A DNA stretch of 61,264 nt, the filler included, from Asterionella formosa (taxonomy: Eukaryota), in NCBI GenBank assembly GCA_002256025.1. It is 17 parts of 17 records of this genome, joined end to end, with 100 filler letters (N's around TTAATTAATTAA, not from the genome) between each part and the next. Parts side by side here need not be neighbours in the genome. Positions count along the whole stretch, not along the records: positions 1 to 3,522 come from NKIB01014082.1; positions 3,623 to 7,144 come from NKIB01014083.1; positions 7,245 to 10,757 come from NKIB01014084.1; 14 more parts are not named here. One strand, given 5' to 3'. Of this stretch, positions 1-10,857 are shown in pieces (the stretch's first letter is position 1; each line of letters begins with the position of its first letter). The translations under genes were made by a program, and so were the position numbers. Below the pieces are notes generated by a model. The model was not told where the DNA came from. It searched no databases and was given only the letters and a program-made list of their open reading frames with translations.

Positions 1-67
1 CTCGAACAAGAAAAAAGTCGCTCGTCAATAAACAACTTCCATTACATTCAAGACAACGACATTGACA

Positions 68-1739
68 ATGCCTAGATGGGAAGAAGATGTCAAACGGTTG
101 AAAGCGAATGATCCAAGTTTGACTACACTTGATCTCAGAGATAATTCAATTGGTGATGATGGAGCCAAAACCATTGCAGAGGCTCTCAAGGTCAATACTG
201 TCTTGACTGAACTTGATCTCTGTAATAATTCAATTGGTGCTGACGGAGCCAAGGCCATTGCAGAGGCTCTCAAGGTCAATACTGTCTTGACTACACTTTA
301 TCTCTATAATAATTCAATTGGTGATGACGGAGCCAAGGCCATTGCAGAGGCTCTCAAGGTCAATACTGTCTTGACTGAACTTGAACTCGAATATAATGAT
401 ATTGGTAAAGGTTTACTATATGAAATTCAAATACGGGTTGATGCAAACAAGAACCGCAACCAAACAGCAGCCAACACAACTGATTTCATTTCTGAAGGTC
501 GATCGAAAATGAAGTTGGCTATGGACAATGTGGATTCAAGACCAATCGAGCTTCCTAAGGAATTCATTATTAGTTGTACAAACAACTTTGCTGACGAGAA
601 AAAACTTGGTCATGGTTCTTTTGGTGCTGTCTATGAAGGTGTGGATGATAACCGTTATTTTGCTGTGAAATGTCTTCGTTTCAATTTAGATTTTTTGGAA
701 GATCAGAAAAAAGGAATAAGTAAGACTTTTAAAAAAGAATTGGAGGTAAGCTCATCCGTAGTATCATCTATTGCATGTTCTTTCAAGTTTTTACATTTCT
801 CATTCTTCCATCATACTGTTTCAGGTATTAAAGAGGTTCCAACACAATCATATTGTAATTTTGTACGGCTATCATTTGTCCCCTGTTTCATCTGATCAAC
901 ACGTGGTATCTGATCAATACCTGGTGTATGAGTTATTATCCAAGGGGTCACTTGATAGATTCTATAAGAGTGAACAAAGCAGATCAAGTCTCTCAAGTAA
1001 GATCCGACTTCGAATCATGAACGAAATTATTTCTGCCATCGACTTCCTTCAAACTATAGAAAAGGACGGCCACACTCTGTTTCATCGCGACATCAAGTCA
1101 TCTAATATCTGCCTTGATCAGAACTATACTGCCAAGCTGATTGATTGTGGCCTAGCCAAGTTTGTGCCTAAGGGTAGCTCAGTAATAACCAATCCAATTC
1201 CTTCCTCAGTTTGTTACACAGCAGGTGATGGAACATATGGGACACCTGGCTACATATGTCCATTTCATTCTAGGGGTAATAAATATGAAGCATCATGTGA
1301 TGTTTACTCATATGGAATAGTGATGATTGAGCTTGTAACAGGCTGCCTCCAAAATGATAGGACAAAGTTGGGAGATTTTTCTGAACGCTACTTCCCAAGT
1401 AATTTTGAAGGAAATCCAGCAGAGGCAGTGAAGGAGGCAATTCCAAAATTGGTTGAGGATGTTGATCCTCTTGCAGTGAATTGGGAAGATGGAGATCTGT
1501 CCTCGGTTTGTACATTAGCCATTCATTGCATTCAGAACAATCGCACAAAGAGACCAACAACTAATGAATTGGTTAAAGAGTTGGGTCAACTTGTAAGGCC
1601 AACAGATCATAATGGGGGATGTGAATCGCCATTAATGATAAATCGCTCGAAGAGGCCAAAGATTAATCATAATGGGGGATCTGATTCGTCACAAATGAGA
1701 ATTGCCTTTGACAATCATAACCTGAATGATAGAACTTAA
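68..1739 (+). CDS. RI/NLRC3-type LRR + IRAK/Pelle-like Ser/Thr kinase; two exons, join(68..745,825..1739)
   Basis: Four 28-aa LRRs (LxLxxNSIGDDGAKAIAEALKVNTVL). Kinase motifs LGHGSFGAVY, AVK, HRDIKSSN, DCG (DFG position), GTPGY, DVYSYG. The GTAAG...TTTCAG intron 746-824 (79 nt) joins FKKELE|VLKRFQH in frame. No signal peptide or TM helix is evident. Confidence 0.9.
140..400 (+). repeat. 84-bp tandem LRR-coding repeats
   Basis: Near-identical units start at about 140, 224 and 308 (AATTCAATTGGTG.TGA.GGAGCCAA..CCATTGCAGAGGCTCTCAAGGTCAATACTGTCTTGACT). Confidence 0.95.
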
Positions 1740-2059
1740 CAATGTGACTTGTGTGCCAAGACTCTACTTTGTGGGAATTGCAATGCAAAAAAGTTGATAC
1801 AGGCAATGCAACAATTATCAAACATAATTTTAGTGAACAAGTGAAGTTGATCAGATTGTACCTTTATAATTATTGTGCCCTAGTTATTCTAACACTTCCC
1901 AAACGGAACAATGAATGTGAATGAAAGTACTGTACTTTGTCTTGTGTGTGGCAAAGGTTCTACTTCTGTTTCCATGAGCAAAGATCATTTCACATGCAGA
2001 CAACGCTTTGAGGATCATGTCTATATGCATCATGGTGATATGACCATTCAGTGCCCAAT

Positions 2060-2349
2060 CACTTTTCGAAATTTCGTCTATGTACCAGTGTAAATTATGT
2101 GGTACTTCACATGCATTAATGCCACTCTTCATGTAAAAAAGACAACTTTTAACTGTTTCATGTGAAGTTTTAACTGTTTCATGTGAAGTTTTCGCAATGA
2201 ATTTTGAACACAAAACTGAATTTGTTGATGTTTCAAATAATTTATTTGAAAATTCAACTAAGATCATGCTCTTGAGGCTAATTCAGCATTCACGACATGC
2301 ATCTTCCATTGTGAAATACTAAGGATATTTGTGTGTTCTAATGTCATGC
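2060..2349. repeat. Dispersed repeat, probable DNA-transposon end with CAC terminus (copy 1)
   Basis: Reverse-complement match to 43737-44004 (e.g. ATGCATCTTCC.TTGTGAAATA.TAAGGATATTTGT; TAATGCCACTCTTC). Both copies stop at the same CACTTTTCGAAATTT end. Confidence 0.8.
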
Positions 2350-2529
2350 ATCTGAGATCAAAGTTTTACAGTTGTTGTACTTATCACATAAAGAACTCAC
2401 GCATTTCCGGTAAAAAAGCTCACTCTTCCCAGTTTTCATGTAATTTAGGTTACTACCAGCCAGTACTAGGTAACTGTACTACTAGCTTGCTACTAGCTAC
2501 TTCTAGTAGTAGGCATCCCAAAATTTTTA

Positions 2530-3522
2530 CATGATTAGTTTGTTGCAGGGTCATTGAAGGTTTGATATGATCTCGTGGCAAAAAAACACTTCCTTTTTCA
2601 TCTGGATGGCCAGCCATAACACGCATGGCTTTCATTGGCAGTTTAGCTGAATAAACATCACGTCGAGTATCCACATTCCAATTTCCAAGGTCATTGATGT
2701 TATAGCCATCAAGTTCATCCAATTCTGCTTTGACTGAACCGGCCAATTGACCAAAATGCACGAAATGTTTTGAAATAATGCCAAGGTGTCTGCAAGCATT
2801 CTTCATGTTACTCGCATATGCCTGATCAGTTTCTGAAATAGTGTTGTTGAAGCCCCGAGAATCTGTCAACAGCTTCATATTGAACCAGGCTTTGTTTGAA
2901 GTAAAATCAAATGATTCTGCTTCTCCACTCTGCATAAATCTTGCCATTAAATAAAATCCAAGAGCACCAATAGCAGAATCATTGACATTATGATGTCAAA
3001 TACAACATCCATAAAGAGTCTTTAAACCATTTGTTTTCCCAGTAGCAATGCGCATCACATGAATCAAAATATCCTCTAGACTATTTTTATCCTTGTGTAA
3101 CAAGGAACAAAGATCGCCAAGTTTGCACTTGAAGAGTGATTTACCTCTTAAGATCCCATTTATTGTCATCAAAAGACAATATCGATCACGTAAAGATGCC
3201 ACTGAATAAATGGATGATAACAAATTTTTTTTAAAGAAAAAATCTTCAAGTCTTGGTATATCTTGAGCAGCAGTGTATGGCGTGAATTCACTTGTCAATT
3301 TTTCATCAAAATTGCTTTTTGCAATTTGTTTCTTTCTCATTTTTACTGTCTTCAGCAATCTTTTGACACAGCCAGACATTAGTACCTTCCTTGGGTATGT
3401 TGTTGCATCCTCCATCCCGTTGTTGTGCATGCAAATCTAGGATGGCTGATCGATATTGATTGAGTACACTATATCCAATTGGCTTGTCTGAAATCCAATC
3501 AGTGTTGGAAATTACAGATTCA
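2530..3522 (-). mobile_element. Degenerate Crypton-like tyrosine recombinase (NDC10-domain-II-like) relic
   Basis: Motifs RDRYCLLMTINGILRG, GKTNG, HFG(R>Q)xxG, LGNW...YSAKLP...MRVMAG...GSVFLPR. Interrupted by stops near 2996 and 2948 and truncated by the contig end. Confidence 0.75.
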
Positions 3523-3622
3523 NNNNNNNNNNNNNNNNNNNNNNNNNNNNNNNNNNNNNNNNNNNNTTAATTAATTAANNNNNNNNNNNNNNNNNNNNNN
3601 NNNNNNNNNNNNNNNNNNNNNN
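3523..3622. other. Artificial contig-joining linker (first of 16)
   Basis: 44 N + TTAATTAATTAA (stops in all six frames) + 44 N. The same linker starts at 3523, 7145, 10758, 14377, 17993, 21609, 25224, 28829, 32443, 36051, 39656, 43260, 46863, 50465, 54066 and 57666. Contigs between linkers are all about 3.5 kb. Confidence 0.99.
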
Positions 3623-4019
3623 TCCACCTCCACCTCCACCAATAACTCTGATGAACATCGTTAGCTTTTCATTGAGTCTTTGCGGCGCGCAGTTCCTACA
3701 AACCAATAGTAGCTGCAATCAAAAGTTAAGATCGCAATCGTATGAAATAGTTACAACAAGGAATGGCAGATTTACAAATGTGCCTCTACCAAAAAATCTC
3801 GTTTAAAATGATCAATATGAAATATCCAATACGATGCATTCATTGATAGCATTGAGTCTCAATCTCCTTCAAAGAATTCAAGGCTGATTGTTGATGACGA
3901 TTTCAGTCCGCTTCTCGGCATTACAAGCCGAATTTCAATAACCTGTGGATTTTGTGATGAAAGAAAGTATATTGAACCTATAATTTTCAAAAACTAAGAA
4001 GTAATTTATGAGAAAGGCA

Positions 4020-5640
4020 ATCAATTGGTACACTTTGCAATCAACAACATGTTTGCTCTTGGTTGTCACGAAGCAGGAATGGGTCTGGCAAATGCTGATT
4101 TAGTAATATGCTCGTCCCTTTCCTTCCCTTTGCCAAGTGGTTACTGGAGCAGGGAGGGAAAGTTCAATCATCTGGAGCAACGAATAGGTGAAGCAAAAAT
4201 AGATGTTACATTGCAATCGATGAGAGAGGCAATGAATGAGGAGGTCTTACTCTGGATGTACATGAACGTCATGCTTGTTCCGATATTGGGAAAGACTATT
4301 ATTGGTGGATAAATATTCTAGCGAAGCACGCGTGATCCCAGAAAACATGCCAAGACTAACAGTAAGTCTTGATATGGCCTGGCAGCAGCGCTCCAGCGGT
4401 AAAAAATATAATTCGAATAGCAGGCATCATGTTTTTGATATGGGGGCTAGTCAAATAAGATAATAGATTACTGCGTAAAAGGTAAGGTATGAAACACTTG
4501 TGACTATGCCGCCCGGCGGTTTGCGTCAGTCGAACCTCATTTTCGCCCTAAGAATCACCTATTAGGTAGTTCCAAGTAAATGGAATCTGATGCCATGGTA
4601 AATATGGTGATCAAGGCAGTGGATAAGTATCAAGTCTTCTACACGAGTACCGGTACAATGCTTTGTGATGACAATTCAATTATTAGAGCTAATTGCAAAT
4701 GGTCTTAAAAGGATTTACTGCTACAAAATCCATTGTTTGAATGACAAAGAAACAACAACAGCGAAAGAAGCCAAAACAAGGCTATCTCCATTGCACGTCA
4801 AAGAACCGGTTTTTTTCTTGGACCCCTCCCTTTGCGTCTTACTACGCCCCTGTATCTTGAAGTCGAGAGGCCAAAAATGCAACGAGAGAAAATCAAAAGC
4901 CGACTTCCTGAGACTGAAACTCTATTATGGATGCTTCATTAAAAAGAATCGAGACAAAACAAATGGATTTCTGCGCAGCATCACTGGCGCCAATCCACCA
5001 CATCTTCAAAAGACTCACAATTACTGTAATCCCGAATGGTGCCCTGTGAAGGCAAACAAAATTGTTAGTACAGGGAAATATTGGAACATCGACAACATCA
5101 AGGAAAATTTCGATAGGCTACTAGTTGAAAATATTGGCAAAAGAATGGAAGTTGAGAAACCCAAAGCATTACATCACCATTCGATATGCAAATGAATGAG
5201 GAGATGAACAATGTTGTTGGCAGACGTTATCCAAAAGGCAAAATATTTGCTAGCTCCGGAAGCCTGCTCTATCGAGTACTAGCATCAGTAGCAGGACAGC
5301 ACACAAAAGGCGCTGATAAATACAGGTCAGAAATATGTGGAAAATTGGGAATCACAATGTCAACCCAGCAACAAAACTTTTGGAATCAACGTCCAAAAAA
5401 ACAAACAAGTGACGCGGAATACAAGAGAAAACTCACAAGGAAACGAAAACGAAAATAAAGCAAAGCGAGACGTAGTGCCTGATTCGAAATAATTCAACAA
5501 GAAAAGACCAAAAAGAAAAGGGGAAAAACTTATGTGAGGAATTAGGCATAGTGATCACCATGGATGCTGAAATCAGGCAGTGTTGAGCCTCCTACCGCCA
5601 AGAAGTGCAAACATTATGAATTAACTGATCACTTGAGAAG
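4020..5640 (+). mobile_element. Fragmented DDE transposase relic (Kolobok-type / Pfam 'Mutator-like transposase' type)
   Basis: Ordered motifs across broken frames: LTVSLDMAWQQRSSGKKYNS, GSSK*MESDAM, CDDN, HNYCNPEWCP, QMNEEMNN, then a basic C-terminus. Many frameshifts and stops. Confidence 0.65.
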
Positions 5641-7784
5641 GAAAATTGCACAATTTCCATACAAGAACAGCAAAGTGCAAGCAACTCCTCGTGTTAATGT
5701 CGTACATGAAGCTACTGATAGTACTGATTTACTGATGCATCTAACACATGTGGTTCAAGTGTGACTGGCGCAATCTTACAAGACCAGGATACTCCAACCA
5801 ATCTGGAGCAGCCAGTTGAGTAAATCCAATTCAACCAATCAGAATATGTGTATTACTAGTGATGCGGGAACTTACCATGGAGTCTTTTTGGACAGAGAAT
5901 TATGCAGGCAAATATACCTACTACACAATACTCCTAAGTCTATGATAACATTTATGCACATACAAATTCCTATTCCAATATTTTGGCAACTGTTGGAAAA
6001 GCCAATTGAGTCGACCTTTTGGAGGAGGATTGATTTACATCTGTAGGGTTTCATGAAAATTAAAATAGATAGCCATGATCCCTATATGAATTGCAATTAG
6101 GATTGGGATATAACCTCTTGAAATTTTCTTGTCCCCAAGAATGAATTGACCTTTCACCTAGATCCAATGCCTCTTTAGTAACTGATAAAGCATTTCTTCT
6201 TGTTATTTTAATTTTCCATTTCTCTGGTTGACAAAGAATCACAATGTTTTCAACACTAATAACATCCTTTTCTAGCTCTTCTTCTGAGTTTCATTTGGGA
6301 GGAGATTGCAGAAATTTGTCGCTGCCTATGGTTAAGTTGCATTTAGGATAAGATTGCAGCAAGTCGTCTTGTGCCTATGGCATCATCATCGGGTAAGGTT
6401 TGCAACAAGTGAGTACCCAGATCATCCTTGTTGTGTATTTCATCTGAGCTGTTGCAGCAAATGTGGAAAGACTACTCTTTTCTCTCATGTTTTCATCATC
6501 ACTGCTGGTGATGTTGTTGTCGCTGGTTTCCGCTTAATCATTTGTAGATGGAGCTTAATCACTGTTGCTAACATCAGATCCTTCCAAAATTTCTGCAAAG
6601 CAGTGTGAAAAGTCACAGCCTCTCAATGTGGTGGCACAGGTTCTGAAAACTTGTGACGATGTCAAATCAAAGGAGCCAGCCAGAATCATCAGGGTCATCA
6701 GGATCATACTAGATCAAGTCATACATGGATCCCACAGAAGGCCACCAGCTTATGATATGTAGTGCGCTTGTGGAATGGAAAATCATTAAAAGCCGCAATC
6801 ACCTTGTAGGAATTATATTTTTAATGATGACCGGACCTGTATTTGCAGGAAAGCGAGGCAAATTTGCAATTATCCTCTAATTAGTACGATGTGAGCACAC
6901 TATTCCATATGAGTTGTACAGTGCTCTTATTAGCATCTGACCTACTACACGATAACAATTTAATTGTTCTTGTCACCAAAACAGCAAGCCGGCTGCCAAT
7001 TTCATCACTTCTGTTGGGTAGCCACCGAGAAGTATATTGTTGAGGCAATTCACAACCTAGCCATCGTCACGCCATTCGCTTACCTACTGCCCACAAGTAA
7101 AGCATAACTGTCATTTTTAGGTTGCTATTACCCATCGAATAAAANNNNNNNNNNNNNNNNNNNNNNNNNNNNNNNNNNNNNNNNNNNNTTAATTAATTAA
7201 NNNNNNNNNNNNNNNNNNNNNNNNNNNNNNNNNNNNNNNNNNNNGATGTAACATGTTTGGTTACATTATGTAGACACAATACATGCCAAAGGAAAATTCA
7301 CTCATGGCTGCCTCCAATCCCATTCTAGACCTAGTGCCTATAATACTGAAACCCTCATGCGGAGTAATATTGAACAGTTACTTGCTATACTGCAGGATGT
7401 TGAAAATGCTGTCATTTTTATTTTATAAAGCCAACAGATAGTTGCCCTCTGTTTTCTTAGTACTGACAATCCACATTATCTGCCTCTATTATTTTCATTT
7501 AGGAACAATCATTACAGTGACACAAACTTAAATGTCTTGAATATCATTTCAAGAAAATACAAAAATTCTGAAAACACTCCAATCTTTACTGAGATTCAAG
7601 GTAAGAATTTGTCAGTGAAACTGCAAAGGTTGAATGAACCCTTTTTTGAGAGTCTTCCAAACATGTGTGTGTGTGTGTATATATATATCTTGTATGTCTG
7701 TGTGATGAAGAGGCAAGATTACATAAATATTGACCATCTGCTTTATTTGTATAGTGTTTCGAAAATTTGTTCAATGCAGAGTCT

Positions 7785-8165
7785 TGTCAAGAATGTATAG
7801 TATCAATGGCTATTATGAGTCACGAGAATTGTGGACTTGATCATAGTCCAATGAATCAAATGGAGCATTTCCCTGTTGTCAAGAAACTAGCTAATGAGAT
7901 TGATGTTTCAGATCAATCAGAAGAGGGTTTGCATAAAATAAAATGGAACACAAAGAACAGGTTCTCAAAGTGTGATGAAGCAGCCAACAATGGGATTGAA
8001 ACTAGGTTTTTAGAGTAAGGTTATTAATATAAAATGACAGAGAAAGATCCAAAGCGAAAACTAGCAAGAAGGCTAGGAATGATAGGTTTTAGTACTAGTA
8101 CTACAACAGGTAAGTTCTACGTAAAAAGATACCGGCATGCGGGAAGGAGTACAAAACTTTTAACA
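7785..8165. mobile_element. Solo LTR with target-site duplication
   Basis: Starts TGTCAA and ends TTAACA, flanked by direct GAGTCT (7779-7784 and 8166-8171). Its first ~130 nt are homologous to 39529-39655, which starts at the same TG. Confidence 0.75.
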
Positions 8166-8530
8166 GAGTCTATGTGGGATTGAATCATTAGAATAGTAAG
8201 ACAAGATTGCATTGGTTGAAAAGAAGCCACAGAAATGAAGCATTGCTATTTCATGAACTCAAAAGTTGCTGTGATTGGCCAATGATTAGCTAGATCAAAT
8301 TTTTTTTGTCATTTTGCATTCTTTCAATGTGTATGAGTATATACTCCTTTGTGTTGGAGTACACATGGTGGTCCTTTAGCATTCCAAGGTCAAGGATTGA
8401 CAATGATAGTCGGTCATTTCTTTTTGTAATGTTGGAGAAATTTGTGCAATATTCCAGAGAGATTTTGCTTTCCAGCTCATAATGCTGATTTCAGGCTCCA
8501 TTTGAAGTCTAATATAAAAACCTTGTTGAT

Positions 8531-8912
8531 AACTTATTCCTTAAAACAGATTTAACTTATTCCTTAAAACAGATTTACCTTTACTTTTAGTAAACGCTTT
8601 AAGACTACTCATCTGGTAGGAGGGTAGACCGTTTAGCGCTTCCTGATGCTGCCAGCTCTGATGTTCATGTACTTACTTACCAAAATAGGATCATCCCAAC
8701 AAATGTGGTGATTTTAGGCACTGGTGCACAGGGACCACCAGTACCGGTTTTATTCATCCATATGGTGCAACAGTGAGGGACCTGTCTTTTTAATTCATTA
8801 GCCGCACCTGAGGAACTCTAGTAGGGACTACATGAAAAGGAAGACAGGTGTAGAATGCAGGAATCGAACCATCCACCTATAAAGGCATGCTTAGTACCAA
8901 TGAAGCAACCAA
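8531..8912 (-). mobile_element. Possible degenerate tRNA-derived SINE
   Basis: Minus strand shows an A-box-like TTGCTTCATTGGT, then a B-box GGTTCGATTCC (about 8860-8870), a ~300-nt body and a 23-bp tandem duplication (8531-8576) at the presumed 3' end. Confidence 0.35.
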
Positions 8913-9377
8913 ACAAACAACATGAATCCAAGACAGCCAGACAGCCAGCAGGTATGCATGTTTTTCCATGTAGACAGTGATTCCTCTAAACATACTAGAA
9001 TGTGTCCTGACTTAAAAATGTTTTCTCCATATTTTCATTCCATGCTTCAATTGATTTCCTTACATCATGAAAGTGATGAGGATATTGAGGTGCTGGCCGA
9101 ATTGTGTAACATGCCAGCCTGGATAGTAGATATTTCTAAGATAATTTTGGCAGGCAGCCTTCTCATGTATCTGAATTTTTTAACCAACAAACATATTGTC
9201 ATGCATACCTCCAAGGAACCTGCATATAGATTCATTTTCTAGAAAAGAAATATGTGATGAATTGAACAAGGGGCAATGGATCAACAGACTAGACTGACCC
9301 CTATTAGACTGCATTCAGCCTATCGGTGTCCGGAAAGATTCCGACTTCCGAGCTCACATCTGAGAGTTCCCGTCTAC

Positions 9378-9782
9378 AGAAAAGTAACGAGCTCTTTTGT
9401 TTCTCAGTACATGGTTCTCCTACCTGGTACCTGCAAGTTGCGGTAATCGTGCTGTAATTAAAACTTTAGCTTCCGTTGTCCAGCATGAAATTGGTTATTT
9501 AAGCAAAATGACCGCAACTTGCTCTGGTACCGGTACCAGGTACGGTACTGTTGTTACTCCCCCAGCTGGGACCATACTACTGGTACCAGGTACCAGGTAC
9601 CAGGTACCACTAGCCTGCATGATTGTTCCATTCGTCTATTGTAGCAGTGCTACCGGTAGTACATATCATGCGTATCAGGTGCAGAGCAGGTCTGCAACAC
9701 CAATACCGGTAGTAGTATAATAATAACATTGGCTTTGTCGCAAGCAAAGAACTGCTGGAACGAGAGAGCTCGTTACTTTCTA
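9378..9782. mobile_element. MITE-like element with ~25-bp imperfect terminal inverted repeats
   Basis: AGAAAAGTAACGAGCTCTTTTGTTTC at 9378 versus GAACGAGAGAGCTCGTTACTTTCT at 9758-9781. The interior is non-coding. Confidence 0.55.
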
Positions 9783-10125
9783 TCTTCTATGTATGTAGAG
9801 TATGTACCAAACAGGAATAGCGCTCTCATGTACGAACTATCTTCCAGGTACCAGGTACTGTAGATATGTCTATACCCGTCGTTTATTTTTGTTTTTGTTC
9901 ACTTTTTCATGCCTCCGCAGGTACCAAAATTCTACATTTGGCACAAGTACGGTAGGCATCGGTAATTCACAAAATGTAGTTACTGTACATACATACATAC
10001 ATACATACTACTATGCGATACGGAATTTTAGTTTGTCACCCCCATGTATATCATAGCGTATAAATATCATATGATCGGGGTGATCTACCGGGAATCTACC
10101 GTCAAACAGGTACCAGGTACCCGTA

Positions 10126-10757
10126 TACTTCATTGTCCTGGACCCCCCAATGTACACTGCCGTGACTGAATTTGACTGATTTTACTTAAGGGGGGCCCAG
10201 GACAATGAAGAGATTTTCCTTATAATGGACCTAAGTAAATTTCTTTAGTTCTACAGGATAGCGCACATTTTTCTAAGATGGATTAATATGACAATTATTT
10301 CCGTCTTGTGAAAAATGAGAGAGTTCTTCACCTCGCAAGAAAAACGCGACTTCATGTTGTTATCGGCGATCTCAATTTTCGTTGTCATTATTAGTGTTAT
10401 TACTTTACTTCTTTTACGATTGTATTTTCCATGTCATTTTCAATACAGGTAGCAAGTAGCAAAGCGTCGTTCTCTATTTTCGTGGAGATAATTCGTATTT
10501 TCGTCATGGTCAAGGTTGCGACAACATCATGAAGGATTCTCCAGCTGCTCACAGCCACTACCTGTCGTCTCTTGTGTTTTGTATGCACAAAAGAATCGCA
10601 AAATGGTAGCTAAATTATTACATACTAGTTCCTACGAGGACAAAAAGAATTATAGCACGTTACTTTGTCTATGACAAGAAAATTATTGGGTGTTTGGTTC
10701 CACCTCGAGAAAAATGTACAGGGGGGTCCAGCAACCATAGGGGGGGTCCAGGACAAT
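10126..10757. mobile_element. Non-autonomous TIR element (Tc1/mariner-like, TA-flanked)
   Basis: Left end TA|TACTTCATTGTCCTGGACCCCCC. Right end GGGGGGTCCAGGACAAT runs into the contig edge. Internal copies of the TIR motif lie at 10190-10210 and 10721-10731. Interior 10370-10545 is similar to 19390-19555. Confidence 0.65.
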
Positions 10758-10857
10758 NNNNNNNNNNNNNNNNNNNNNNNNNNNNNNNNNNNNNNNNNNN
10801 NTTAATTAATTAANNNNNNNNNNNNNNNNNNNNNNNNNNNNNNNNNNNNNNNNNNNN

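Noticed and set aside
25..279. Antisense repeat ORFs opposite the LRR array (and 25276-25782 opposite the ARM array)
   Set aside because: By-products of sense-strand coding repeats.
5760..7144. Possible second transposon ORF on the minus strand
   Set aside because: Too degraded; no diagnostic motif found.
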